Positions 9,841 through 20,181 of a stretch of DNA of 64,000 bases are shown one piece after another (position 1 is the first letter of the stretch; every line of letters begins with the position of its first letter). The position numbers and the translations under genes were made by a program. The stretch comes from Opitutia bacterium (GTDB lineage Bacteria; Verrucomicrobiota; Verrucomicrobiia; Opitutales; Opitutaceae): positions 832,568 to 896,567 of the forward strand of contig CANJVR010000002.1 of assembly GCA_947478395.1 (NCBI GenBank), read 5' to 3'. Under the pieces are notes generated by a model. The model was given only the letters and a program-made list of their open reading frames with translations, was not told the DNA's origin and did not search any database.

Positions 9841-11163
9841 TCAGTTGCCGAAATCTCCAATGCGTAGAAGCACCGGCGGCTCGAGTACGCTGGGCAGGCG
9901 GGCGAGATTTTTCAGCGTCGCCCGAATCGCGCGCTCGTCGCTCTCGTGCGTCGTCAGCACCAACGAAGCCGCGCCGTCCTGCTCAGCCGGGTTCTGAATT
10001 ACGCTGGCGATGCTCACATGATGGCGCGCCATGACGGATGCGACGCGGGCCAGCACGCCGGGTTGGTCCTTTACGGACAAGCGCACATAGTAACGGCCGC
10101 GAATCCGTTCTGGCGGCGCGAGGCGCGGGCTCGTACCCGCCGCAGGAACGACGTCACCCATATGGTGTGCGCCCTTGCCGTGGCTGAGCAAAGCGACCGC
10201 GTCGGCGATATCGCTGATCACGGCACTGGCAGTCGCGTCCTGGCCCGCGCCGCGTCCAATGTAGAGCGTAGTACCGACGACATCGCCGGTGACGGAGATC
10301 GCGTTAAATACGCCGTTGACGTTAGCGAGGACGTTACCCTCCGGGAGCAGCGTCGGCTGGATGCGGACGCTGAGCTCGTTGGCGGCAAAATCGCGGGTGA
10401 TGACCGCGAGTAGTTTAATACCGTAGCCGAGCGTGGCGGCGTTTTTGAAATCGGCGGGCGTGATGCGGCTGATGCCCTCGACGAGCATGCGGTCCGTTTT
10501 GACCCAGAGCCCGTGCGCGAGCCAAGTCAGGACGGACGCCTTGTGCGCGGTGTCCCAACCATCGACATCGAGCGATTCGTCGGCTTCGGCGTAACCGAGG
10601 CTTTTCGCGGCCGCGAGGACCTCGGCGTACGGTGCGTTGCGTTCCTCCATCTGAGTGAGGATGTAATTACACGTGCCGTTGAGAATGCCGTAGATGAGCG
10701 GAAACCGATTCGCGACGAGACCCTCGCGCAGGGCTTTGATGAGCGGGATACCGCCGGCCACGCTGGCCTCGAAAAAGAAATGGCCGCCATGTTTGCGGGC
10801 GGTGGCAAAAATTTCCGCGCCGTGCGCACAGATCAGCGCCTTGTTGGCGGAGACGACGATTTTGCCCGCGGACAATGCGGCGAGCGTGACCTGACGCGCC
10901 AGACCGGTCCCGCCCATGAGTTCGCATACGATGTCGATCTTGGGATCGGTGGCGATGGCGAGCGGATCGGCGGTGAGCTTGGCGGCGGGAATTTTCACGT
11001 CCCGCTTTTTCCGCAAATCGCGTACCGCGGCGCGAGCGAGCACGAGTTTGGCGCCGAGGCGCGCTTCGAGTTCTGGACGCGCGCGCTCGAGATGTTTCCA
11101 CACCCCCTGCCCGACGGTGCCAAACCCACAAATGCCGATCTGAATCGTGCGCGTGAGGCTCAT
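9841..11163 (-). CDS. hom: Homoserine dehydrogenase
   Basis: GFGTVG, FEASVAGGIP, GILNGTCNYIL, GYAEAD, GRGAG; C-terminal ACT domain. Confidence 0.96.
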   Translation of the reverse strand: MSLTRTIQIGICGFGTVGQGVWKHLERARPELEARLGAKLVLARAAVRDLRKKRDVKIPAAKLTADPLAIATDPKIDIVCELMGGTGLARQVTLAALSAGKIVVSANKALICAHGAEIFATARKHGGHFFFEASVAGGIPLIKALREGLVANRFPLIYGILNGTCNYILTQMEERNAPYAEVLAAAKSLGYAEADESLDVDGWDTAHKASVLTWLAHGLWVKTDRMLVEGISRITPADFKNAATLGYGIKLLAVITRDFAANELSVRIQPTLLPEGNVLANVNGVFNAISVTGDVVGTTLYIGRGAGQDATASAVISDIADAVALLSHGKGAHHMGDVVPAAGTSPRLAPPERIRGRYYVRLSVKDQPGVLARVASVMARHHVSIASVIQNPAEQDGAASLVLTTHESDERAIRATLKNLARLPSVLEPPVLLRIGDFGN

Positions 11164-11798
11164 GTCGCGGAGGAGGACGGGGATTTCTTCACGAACTTGT
11201 TTTCAGTCCCGTTAAGCAAACGGGAAATATTCGCCCGGTGCCGCAGGATCACGATCGCGCCGACGAGCACGCCCATCGCAATGAGCACGTTGGGGCGGCC
11301 GAGCGCCCAAGCCGAAAGCGGCAGGGCCAGCGCGGCGAGAATGGATGCGACGGAAACGTAGCGCGTAAGAAAAAAAGCCGCCATCCAGATCGCGATGCAG
11401 ATGACCGCACTGAGTGGCAGCAAGACCAGCAGACCGCCGGACGCCGTGGCCACGCCCTTGCCGCCGCGAAATTTCGTGAAGCACGAAAAGCTGTGGCCGA
11501 TCAGCGCAAAAATAAATCCGGCGATCGCACCAAAAAGCGACCCGTCATGGTCAGCAAGCGAAGGGACAAAGGAAATCTGCAGCGGCCAGAATGCGGCGAC
11601 GGCTCCCTTGAGCGCATCGAGCGCGAACACCAGATTTCCCGGCCCGGCGCCCAGCACGCGGCGAACGTTGGTCGCCCCCGGATTTTTGCTGCCGACTTCG
11701 AAGATATTCACGCCCTTCGCGCGCGCGACGAGGTAGCCCACGGGGATTGCACCCAGCAGGTAGCCAACGACGGCAGCAACGAAGAACATGGCTGGCAT
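11160..11798 (-). CDS. plsY: Glycerol-3-phosphate acyltransferase PlsY
   Basis: GSKNPGATNV, GH..S.F.KFRGGKGVATA, RHRANI.RL motifs. Start at 11798 or 11789. Confidence 0.93.
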   Translation of the reverse strand: MPAMFFVAAVVGYLLGAIPVGYLVARAKGVNIFEVGSKNPGATNVRRVLGAGPGNLVFALDALKGAVAAFWPLQISFVPSLADHDGSLFGAIAGFIFALIGHSFSCFTKFRGGKGVATASGGLLVLLPLSAVICIAIWMAAFFLTRYVSVASILAALALPLSAWALGRPNVLIAMGVLVGAIVILRHRANISRLLNGTENKFVKKSPSSSAT

Positions 11799-11889
11799 GG
11801 TGGCGGGGCGCGTCAGCGACAACGCGCCAAAAACAAACCCGGCGGATGAGGGATCATTCGCCCTGGCTTGGAACTGTTAATCCGTTCAC

Positions 11890-13479
11890 TCACAGCTGCA
11901 CGAACTTCGCCTGCTTGATGGCGGCGTGGCTCTTGATGATTTTACGCGCGGCCTCGCTCGGCTCGGTGTCGACGCGCACGACCATGTAAGCCGTACCACC
12001 GGGCGCGAGGCGGCTGAGGGACATGTCGGCGATGTTGACCTTGTCCTGGCCGAGAATCGTGCCGACTTCCCCGACCATGCCGGGCTGATCAAGATTTTCG
12101 AGGACGAGCAATTTGCCCTCCGCAGCGACTTCGACCTCGCGGCCATTAATGCTGACGATACGGGCCTGGTTGCCTTTGCCGATGAGCGTGCCAGCGGCGG
12201 AATATACGGTGCCGTCGGGCGCCGTCACTTCGAGCTGGATCAACTCGGTATAGCCGGAATCCGACGTGGATTTGACGACCTCGGCCTTGACGCCGAGCCG
12301 CTCGAGCGCGAAGGGCGCATTCACAAAGTTGATGCCCTCGCCGCTGATGCGCCGCAGGTACCCGCGAATAATAGCGCGCGTGACCGAGTTGGAATCGAGG
12401 TCCACGATTTTGCCCCAATAGGTGATGCGGAGCGTCGAAACCTGCGCTGGTGCGATCTGTTGCACGAGCGTCCCGAGCTTGGCGCCGAGATCAAGGTAGG
12501 GTCCGAGAATCTTCAAGGCCGCAGCGTCGATCGAAGGCATGTTGACGGCGTTGCGGATGACACCGCCGTTGAGGACGTCGGCGATCTGTTCGGCGACTTC
12601 GATGCCAACGGATTCCTGCGCCTCGGCGGTGGATGCACCAAGATGCGGCGTGAGGGTGACGTTCGGCAGGCTGCGCAGTTCGCTGTCCTTCGCGAGCGGC
12701 TCGTCCTCGAACACGTCGAGACCGGCGGCGGCGACCTGACCGGATTTTAGCGCGGCGATGAGGGCGGCTTCCTTGATGATACCGCCACGGGCGCAGTTGA
12801 AGATCCGCAAGCCCTTTTTCGCCTTCGCGAAGGCGGCCTCGTCGATCATATACTTCGTGTCGTCGGTCAACGGCATGTGCACCGTGATGTAATCGGACTG
12901 AACCAAAAGCTCGTCGAGGGTAACGGCCTCGATCTGCATCGCCTTGGCGCGGCTCGGAGCAAGGTAAGGATCATAGGCTAAAACGCGCATGCCGAAAGCC
13001 TGGGCGCGTTTGGCGACTTCACTGCCGATGCGGCCGAGACCGACGATGCCGAGTGTTTTGCGGAAAAGCTCAATGCCGGAGAAACTTTTGCGATCCCATT
13101 GCCCAGCGCGCATCGATGCAGCGGCCTGCGGAACGGGACGCGCGCCGCATAGCAAGTGGGTGAAGGTCAACTCCGCCGTGGCGATGGTGTTGCCTGATGG
13201 CGTGTTCATCACGATCACACCGCGTTCCGTGGCAGCTTCGACATCGACGTTGTCCACGCCCACCCCAGCGCGGCCCACAACCTTCAGTAACGGAGCGGCC
13301 GCGATGACCTCAGCGGTAATTTTGGTCTCCGACCGCACCGCGATGGCGTGCACATCTTTAACCAGCTCCAGCACCTGCGCTGGAGAAGACCCGTAGGCTT
13401 CAATTACTTCCAAGCCGGGCTGCTGGCGCAGATAGGCTACTCCTTTAGGTGAGATCTTGTCAGCGACGAGGACTTTCAT
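11890..13479 (-). CDS. serA: D-3-phosphoglycerate dehydrogenase (type I, with ASB and ACT domains)
   Basis: RAGVGVDNVD, GLGRIG, NCARGG, TPHLGAST. Start is ATG 13479 or GTG 13485. Confidence 0.95.
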   Translation of the reverse strand: MKVLVADKISPKGVAYLRQQPGLEVIEAYGSSPAQVLELVKDVHAIAVRSETKITAEVIAAAPLLKVVGRAGVGVDNVDVEAATERGVIVMNTPSGNTIATAELTFTHLLCGARPVPQAAASMRAGQWDRKSFSGIELFRKTLGIVGLGRIGSEVAKRAQAFGMRVLAYDPYLAPSRAKAMQIEAVTLDELLVQSDYITVHMPLTDDTKYMIDEAAFAKAKKGLRIFNCARGGIIKEAALIAALKSGQVAAAGLDVFEDEPLAKDSELRSLPNVTLTPHLGASTAEAQESVGIEVAEQIADVLNGGVIRNAVNMPSIDAAALKILGPYLDLGAKLGTLVQQIAPAQVSTLRITYWGKIVDLDSNSVTRAIIRGYLRRISGEGINFVNAPFALERLGVKAEVVKSTSDSGYTELIQLEVTAPDGTVYSAAGTLIGKGNQARIVSINGREVEVAAEGKLLVLENLDQPGMVGEVGTILGQDKVNIADMSLSRLAPGGTAYMVVRVDTEPSEAARKIIKSHAAIKQAKFVQL

Positions 13480-13730
13480 GGGCACGAGTGGTTATAAAGG
13501 GAAACTTGCGCCGCGGTGCTAGCAAGGAAAAGGTTTGGGATTTGACGGAGCGCTTGAGTCGGTGAGAAACCCAACCACGGTGGCATATATTTTGTGAGCG
13601 AAGCCCTGACAACTCAGCGTCTTTTCATCTCGCAAAGCGTCATGCCCGCGACGCCGCCGGGTGTATTCTCGCAATCATCATCTACTCCGTTCATCTAACC
13701 TCTCCTGTTCGCACTGACGCTTCTTTCATC

Positions 13731-15029
13731 ATGGCTTCGACCCTGCCGACCCCATCCCGTTCGCTTCAATTTTTAATTCTGTTTAGCTTTGTCCTCGGCT
13801 CGACCGGGTGTGGATCTAAAGAAGCCGCCGCGCCCGAAGGCGCCGCGCCTGCCGGCCAACGGGGCGGCGGAGCTGGTGGCGCTGGCGGCCGCCGCGGGGG
13901 CGGCGGCGGTCTACCTCCAGTGCTCGTGGGCAAAGCTCAGCGCAAGGTCATGCCTCTCACGCTTGAAGCCATCGGCGCCGTCGAACCGATTCGCACTGCG
14001 GCTCTGCGCTCGCAGGTGACGGGTGTGCTGCTGAAGCTGCACTTTCAAGAAGGGCAGGACGTAAAACAGGGAGATCTTCTTTTCGAGATCGATTCCCGCC
14101 CCTTTCAAAATGCGGTGCGCTCCACCGAGGCCGATCTTGAAAGGCTCCAGGTTCAACTCGGCACCGCCCAAGCCCAAGTCGCGCGCTACCGCAGCCTCAA
14201 CGAGCAGTCCATGGTCTCCAAGGAACAGTTTCAGGCGATCTCGGACAGCGAACGCGCCCTGCAAGCGCAGATCGCTTCCAGCAAAGCCGCCAACGCAAAC
14301 GCCAAACTGCAACTCGAGTACTGCTCGATCCGCGCCCCGCTTTCCGGTCGCACCGGAAATGTCGGCGCCCACGAGGGCGATCTCGTCCGCGCCAGCGACG
14401 CAGCGGTTTCGCTGGTCACGATCCACCAGCTGAGTCCGATTTACGTGACGTTCGGCGTGCCGCAACAAAACCTCGCCACGATCAGCCGCTATCGCAGCGA
14501 AGGCGCCATCGCAGTTACGGCCGCACCGTCGGGTACAGAGGAAGCCACGGACAAGGGCCAACTCACGTTCATCGACAACGCCGTCGAAGCCACCACCGGC
14601 ACGATCAAATTAAAAGCGACCTTCCCGAACGACGCGCTTCGCCTTTGGCCCGGCCAGTTCGCCTCTATCCGCATCACGCTCGCCGAGCCCGAAATGCTCA
14701 CCGTCCCCACCATCGCGGTGCAAAACGATCAGAAGGGGCAACATGTTTTTGTCGTCACCGCCAACCAGACCGCCGAACTTCGCGATGTCGTCGTCGAGCG
14801 TTCCTTCGGCGGCGATTCCGTCATCGCCAAGGGACTGAGCGTAGGAGAAACGATCATCACTGACGGCCATCTCCGGGTGTTACCAGGCCGGCCCGTGGAC
14901 GTAAAATCCCCGCTTAACGAGGGCGACAGCGCCACCCGGGGCAACATACCGGGCCGCGGCCGGGGCAATTCCAAAGCCCCCGGCTCGTCGGAAACCGCCG
15001 CTCCTGCCTCAGGAACTCCGACGCCATGA
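13731..15029 (+). CDS. RND membrane fusion protein (MdtA-like, probable lipoprotein)
   Basis: STGC lipobox-like site; EGQDVKQGDLLFEID, IRAPLSG, LWPGQF. Confidence 0.92.
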   Translation: MASTLPTPSRSLQFLILFSFVLGSTGCGSKEAAAPEGAAPAGQRGGGAGGAGGRRGGGGGLPPVLVGKAQRKVMPLTLEAIGAVEPIRTAALRSQVTGVLLKLHFQEGQDVKQGDLLFEIDSRPFQNAVRSTEADLERLQVQLGTAQAQVARYRSLNEQSMVSKEQFQAISDSERALQAQIASSKAANANAKLQLEYCSIRAPLSGRTGNVGAHEGDLVRASDAAVSLVTIHQLSPIYVTFGVPQQNLATISRYRSEGAIAVTAAPSGTEEATDKGQLTFIDNAVEATTGTIKLKATFPNDALRLWPGQFASIRITLAEPEMLTVPTIAVQNDQKGQHVFVVTANQTAELRDVVVERSFGGDSVIAKGLSVGETIITDGHLRVLPGRPVDVKSPLNEGDSATRGNIPGRGRGNSKAPGSSETAAPASGTPTP

Positions 15030-18000
15030 ACATCCCCGCGTTTTTTATCCGCCGGCCGGTCATGACGACCTTGGTCACGACGGCGATCACGATCTTCGGG
15101 GTCATGGCCTATCGGACCCTGCCGGTTAACGATCTTCCGAACATCGATATTCCGACGATCAATGTAAATGCCAGCCTCCCGGGCGCGAGTCCCGAGACCA
15201 TGGCCTCATCGGTCGCCACGCCACTCGAGCAGCAATTCTCCACCATCGCCGGAATTGAGTCGATGACGTCGAGCAGTTCGCTCGGTAGCACCAGTATCAC
15301 GCTTCAATTCAGTCTCGATCGCTCAATCGATGGCGCCGCTCAGGATGTCCAATCTGCGATCGCTGCCGTCGCCCGGCGTTTGCCGCAGGACATGCCGAGC
15401 CCACCCTCGTTTCGCAAATCGAACCCAGCCGACGATCCCATCATCAATCTGGCGCTGAGCTCTACCACCCTGCCGCTTTCCGAAGTAGACGAGTATGCGG
15501 AGACGTTGATTGCCCAGCGTATTTCCACCGTGAGCGGCGTCGCCCAAGTCACGGTATACGGCGCGCAAAAATATGCGGTCCGCGTCAAGATCGATCCCCG
15601 CGCCCTCATTGCCCGCGGCATCGGTCTCGACGAGGTTCGCACCGCGCTGAACACGGCAAACGTCAACCTGCCCACGGGTACACTCGACGGCAACGAACAG
15701 TCCCTCACGCTGCAGGCGAACGGCCAGCTTAAGAACGCCGACGCGTTCCGGCGCGTGATCATCACCTACCGCAACGGCGCGCCCGTTCGTCTTTCCGACG
15801 TCGCCGTCGTGCTCGACAGCGTGCAAAACGACAAGACCGCGAGCTGGTTTAGCAACGATCACGGCGAATTCGAACGCTGCATCCTCCTGAACGTGCAACG
15901 TCAGCCCGGCACGAACACCATCGATGTGGTCAACGGGATCAAAGCGCTCCTGCCCGAAATTTCTGCGCAGCTACCGTCCAGCGTCACGCTCCGCACCACG
16001 GTCGATCGCTCGATCGCAATTCGCGAATCCGTTTCCGACGTAAAGTTCACGCTCATTCTCGCGATCGTGCTGGTCGTGCTCGTGATCTTCCTCTTCCTGC
16101 GGTCGCTGTCGGCCACGATTATCCCGAGCATCGCGATGCCGATCGCGGTCATCGGCACCTTCGCCGTGATGTTTTTCTGCGGGTTCACGATCGATAATCT
16201 TTCGCTGCTGGCCCTCACCCTTTCAGTGGGCTTCGTCGTAGACGATGCCATCGTGATGCTCGAAAACATCATCCGGCACATTGAAAAGGGCGAACCGGTG
16301 ATGGAAGCCGCCCTCAACGGCTCCCGCGAAATCGGGTTCACGATCATCTCAATGACCATCTCGCTGGTGGCCGTCTTTATTCCAGTGCTGTTCATGAACG
16401 GCGTCCTCGGCCGGCTACTGCACGAGTTCGCCATCACCATCAGCGCGGCGATTCTCGTTTCCGGTTTCATCTCGCTCACGCTGACCCCGATGTTGTGCAG
16501 CCGTTTTCTTAAACCCATCAAGCACGGGGCCGACCACAACCGCTTCTATAAAATCACGGAGGGCGCCTTCCAAGGCACCCTCAACCTTTACGAGCGCAGC
16601 CTTAAGTTTTCCCTGCGCCACCGTCGCATCACCATGCTGATCGCGGCCAGCACGATCGGCGTCACGCTCTACCTTTTGGGCGCCGTGCCAAAGGGCTTCA
16701 TCCCCACGGACGATACCGGCCGCCTCAACCTTAACGTCGAAGCCGCGCAAAACACGTCCTACGACGCGATGATCAAATACCAGCGGGCCGCGGCGGAAGT
16801 TGTCCGGAAGAATCCTTACATCGAGGCCGCGTTTTCCAGCGTGGGCGGCGGTGGTTTCGGCGGTGGCGGCGGTGGTGGTGGCAGTAACACCGGCCGCTTC
16901 GGCATCCGTCTCGTCGACCGCAAACTGCGGCCCTCCGCGGACCGGGTCGCTCAAATGCTCCGGACAGAACTTTCCAAGATCCCCGGCATCCGCGCCGTCC
17001 CGCAGGTGCCACCCAGCATCCGCATCGGTGGACGTCAGTCGGCCGCCGTGTACCAGTATTCGCTCTACGGCACCGATCTGCAGGAACTCTACCGGGTGGC
17101 GCCCGGCTTTGAGCAGAAAATCCGCGAGATTTCCGGCGTGATCGATGTCTCTTCAGATCTCCTTGTCACGAGTCCGCAGCTGCTGGTCGATATCGACCGC
17201 GACAAAGCCTCGTCGCTCAACGTCTCGGCCCAGCAAATCGAAGATGTACTCTACAGCGCATTCGGCTCGCGCCAGGTCTCGACCATCTACACCCCGACCA
17301 ACCAATACTTCGTGATCCTCGAACTGGACGACCGTTACCAGAAGGACTCGCGATCGCTGTCGATGATTTATCTGCGCAACAAAGAGGGAAGACTGATTCC
17401 GCTCGATGCCGTGACGACGCGCCGTACGACCGTGGGCCCACTCACCGTCACCCACCTTGGGCAACTGCCGTCGGTCACGGTTTCCTTCAACCTAGCCCCG
17501 GGCATTTCGCTCAGCGACGTGACCACGGAAATCCAAGCGCTCGCACTTCGCGAACTGCCCGCGACAATCGGCTCGACGTTCCAAGGTACAGCGGCCGCCT
17601 TCACGAGTTCATTGAAAGGCCTCGGCGCTCTGCTGCTTGTGGCCGTGCTCGTGATCTACCTCGTCTTGGGCGTGCTCTACGAAGATTTCGTGCACCCCAT
17701 CACGATTCTTTCCGGTCTGCCGTCCGCCAGTTTCGGCGCCCTGATCACACTGCTACTGTTTAAAGAAGAGCTGAACATCTATGGGTACGTGGGATTGATC
17801 ATGCTCATCGGTATCGTGAAGAAAAACGCGATCATGATGATCGACTTCGCGCTCGAAGCGCAGCGGGTGCGCGGCCGCAGCGCAGCTGATTCCATCTACG
17901 AAGCCTGCGTGGTCCGCTTCCGGCCCATCATGATGACCACGCTCGCGGCCTTGGCCGGCACGCTGCCGATCGCCCTCGGCTGGGGCGCGGGGGCCGAATC

Positions 18001-18163
18001 CCGCCGCACGCTCGGCCTGGCCGTCGTCGGCGGGTTGCTGGTGTCGCAACTCCTCACGCTCTACATCACGCCGGTCTTCTACCTTTACATGGAACGCTTC
18101 ACGAAGCTCATCTCGCCGAAGCCCGTGCCTGCACCCGCCTTGGCCGGAGCGCAAACGACCTGA
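15026..18163 (+). CDS. RND efflux permease, MdtB/MdtC family
   Basis: [47 protein letters not shown]. Confidence 0.94.
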   Translation: MNIPAFFIRRPVMTTLVTTAITIFGVMAYRTLPVNDLPNIDIPTINVNASLPGASPETMASSVATPLEQQFSTIAGIESMTSSSSLGSTSITLQFSLDRSIDGAAQDVQSAIAAVARRLPQDMPSPPSFRKSNPADDPIINLALSSTTLPLSEVDEYAETLIAQRISTVSGVAQVTVYGAQKYAVRVKIDPRALIARGIGLDEVRTALNTANVNLPTGTLDGNEQSLTLQANGQLKNADAFRRVIITYRNGAPVRLSDVAVVLDSVQNDKTASWFSNDHGEFERCILLNVQRQPGTNTIDVVNGIKALLPEISAQLPSSVTLRTTVDRSIAIRESVSDVKFTLILAIVLVVLVIFLFLRSLSATIIPSIAMPIAVIGTFAVMFFCGFTIDNLSLLALTLSVGFVVDDAIVMLENIIRHIEKGEPVMEAALNGSREIGFTIISMTISLVAVFIPVLFMNGVLGRLLHEFAITISAAILVSGFISLTLTPMLCSRFLKPIKHGADHNRFYKITEGAFQGTLNLYERSLKFSLRHRRITMLIAASTIGVTLYLLGAVPKGFIPTDDTGRLNLNVEAAQNTSYDAMIKYQRAAAEVVRKNPYIEAAFSSVGGGGFGGGGGGGGSNTGRFGIRLVDRKLRPSADRVAQMLRTELSKIPGIRAVPQVPPSIRIGGRQSAAVYQYSLYGTDLQELYRVAPGFEQKIREISGVIDVSSDLLVTSPQLLVDIDRDKASSLNVSAQQIEDVLYSAFGSRQVSTIYTPTNQYFVILELDDRYQKDSRSLSMIYLRNKEGRLIPLDAVTTRRTTVGPLTVTHLGQLPSVTVSFNLAPGISLSDVTTEIQALALRELPATIGSTFQGTAAAFTSSLKGLGALLLVAVLVIYLVLGVLYEDFVHPITILSGLPSASFGALITLLLFKEELNIYGYVGLIMLIGIVKKNAIMMIDFALEAQRVRGRSAADSIYEACVVRFRPIMMTTLAALAGTLPIALGWGAGAESRRTLGLAVVGGLLVSQLLTLYITPVFYLYMERFTKLISPKPVPAPALAGAQTT

Positions 18164-18180
18164 GTTTCATCGCACCCCGC

Positions 18181-18218
18181 TTTGGCCCGTGCTCCGAAAA
18201 ATTGGAGCGCGGGCTAAA
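18181..18218 (+). terminator. 17-bp hairpin between convergent genes (terminator-like or stabilising stem)
   Basis: tttggcccgtgctccga-aaaa-ttggagcgcgggctaaa. Three G-U pairs all favour the + strand; no U-tract. Confidence 0.5.
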
Positions 18219-18230
18219 CCCGGGCTCTAC

Positions 18231-19280
18231 TCATAAAGCAGGGTAATCCGTATACCCCCGCGCATCGCCGCCATAAAACGTAGCCGCATCCGGCGGGTTC
18301 AGCGGCGCTCCGCTCCGAAACCGCTGCGGTAAATCCGGATTGGCGATAAACAGTTTCCCAAACGCCACCGCGTCGGCCTCCCCGTCCTCGATCGCCTGCC
18401 GCGCGCTCTCCGCCGTGAAATTTTGATTCGCGATGTAAACGCCACCGAACGCCTGCTTCAGTTTGGGCCCGAGGCGCTGCTCATCATACGCTTCACGCGC
18501 GCACAGAAAGGCGATCTTCCGCCGCCCTAGCTCCCGCGCGAGGTACCCAAAAGTCGTCGCCGGATCGCTATCGCTGACGCCGTGCGAACCACCGCGCGGC
18601 GCGAGATGATAACCCACACGATCTGCTCCCCAAACGGCAATCGCCGCATCCGTCACCTCGAGCGCCAGCCGGGCTCTATTCTCGACGGAGCCGCCGTAGT
18701 CATCGGTGCGCCGGTTGGATCCATCCTGCAAAAACTGGTCGATCAAATAGCCGTTCGCGCCGTGAATCTCCACCCCGTCGAATCCGGCACGTTGCGCATT
18801 TTCCGCTCCACGGCGGTACGCGGCGACGACCGCGGGAATTTCGGACCGCTCCAACGCGCGCGGTACGACGAAGGGTTTATGCGGCTGCAACAAACTAACG
18901 TGTCCGGGTGCGGCAACGGCGCTGGGCGCAACCGGAAGTTCACCGTTCAGGTAGAGCGGGTCGGAAATACGACCAACATGCCAGAGCTGAAGCAGCACAC
19001 GCCCGCCCGCAGCGCGCACGGCCGACGTGATTTCACGCCAACCGGAAATCTGTTCATCGCTCCAGATGCCGGGCGTGTCGGGATAGCCCACGCCCATCGG
19101 ATCGACCGCCGTGGCCTCGCTCAAAATAAACCCGGCGGAGGCCCGCTGCACGTAGTAGTCACGCATGAGCGCGTTGGGCACCCGCCCGGCAGAGGCACGG
19201 CAGCGCGTGAGCGGAGCCATGATGATTCGATTCGGGAGCGTGAGCGCCCCCACCTGAAGCGGTTCGTGCAGTTTGGACAT
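18231..19280 (-). CDS. Old-yellow-enzyme alkene reductase (NemA/XenB-like)
   Basis: MAPLTR, QLWHVGR, EIHGANGYLIDQF, FIANPDL, FYGG..GYTDYP. Confidence 0.93.
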   Translation of the reverse strand: MSKLHEPLQVGALTLPNRIIMAPLTRCRASAGRVPNALMRDYYVQRASAGFILSEATAVDPMGVGYPDTPGIWSDEQISGWREITSAVRAAGGRVLLQLWHVGRISDPLYLNGELPVAPSAVAAPGHVSLLQPHKPFVVPRALERSEIPAVVAAYRRGAENAQRAGFDGVEIHGANGYLIDQFLQDGSNRRTDDYGGSVENRARLALEVTDAAIAVWGADRVGYHLAPRGGSHGVSDSDPATTFGYLARELGRRKIAFLCAREAYDEQRLGPKLKQAFGGVYIANQNFTAESARQAIEDGEADAVAFGKLFIANPDLPQRFRSGAPLNPPDAATFYGGDARGYTDYPAL

Positions 19281-19380
19281 GCACCGCATCTAGATGGGTA
19301 AAAATCCGTCCGGCGCAAACGCTCAGGGCCAAATCGCGTTTCCTCTTTTCAGGCAGACCCATTCGCGTCGGACTCCATTC

Positions 19381-19983
19381 ATGCCGGACTCACCTGCCAC
19401 TCACCTCGCCCGCCAGATCGAATTCATCGTCGAGACCGACCGGCTGAAAAATATCTTCCGTCAGACCGTCAACATCCACGGCGGCCGCGCCGAAAATGAC
19501 GCCGAGCATTCCTGGGCGCTTTGCCTGCTGGTAATCACCCTCGCCGAGCATGCCAACGTTCCCGATCTCGACGTGCTCCGCGTTTTAAAAATGGTGATCC
19601 TCCACGACCTCGTGGAGATCGATGCCGGGGACACGTTCGCCTACGACACGAAGAACATGGCCGACCAACACGCCCGCGAAGCGCTCGCCGCCGATCGCAT
19701 TTTTGGGCTGCTGCCAGCGACCCTGGCCGCCGAGTTTCGCGCGCTCTGGGACGACTTCGAGGCGCGCCAAACTCCGGAGTCGAAATTCGCCGCTGCCGTC
19801 GATCGCTTCCACCCGATGCTACTCAACTGCCGCACGGAAGGCGCGGCGTGGCGCAAACACGGTGTCACCAGCGACCGCGTGCTCGCGCGCAACGCCCACA
19901 TCGCCGAGGGCAGCACCGCACTTTGGGCCTACGCGCAAGAAATGCTCAGCGCGGCCGTCTCCGCCGGGCACCTGAAGGAGTGA
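19381..19983 (+). CDS. HD-domain phosphohydrolase (HDDC2/YfbR-like)
   Basis: R.ENDAEHSW, ILHDLVEIDAGD, FAAAVDR. Confidence 0.88.
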   Translation: MPDSPATHLARQIEFIVETDRLKNIFRQTVNIHGGRAENDAEHSWALCLLVITLAEHANVPDLDVLRVLKMVILHDLVEIDAGDTFAYDTKNMADQHAREALAADRIFGLLPATLAAEFRALWDDFEARQTPESKFAAAVDRFHPMLLNCRTEGAAWRKHGVTSDRVLARNAHIAEGSTALWAYAQEMLSAAVSAGHLKE

Positions 19984-20181
19984 CGCTAAGGCACCGTAGG
20001 GTGGCCACAAATAGGCCCTGAAATTCCGTTTCCTCCCGGACCAATCCCTTCCGCCCTAGGTGCCATTCCCACTCAGTTGTAGCCTTAGGATTTTTGGCGC
20101 CCCTTTGCGCCGAATCTCCGAGAGATCAAGCGCCCCCACCGTGCTTGCACCCCACCCGCCCCACCCTACGCTGCGCGCATC

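Noticed and set aside
13581..13595. Sigma54-like TGGCAT-N5-TTGT upstream of the second RND operon
   Set aside because: The conserved -12 GC reads GT; a single weak match with no other support.
16843..16881. GGC/GGT triplet run
   Set aside because: In-frame poly-Gly loop of the RND permease; a similar Gly loop occurs at the same place in the first RND gene.
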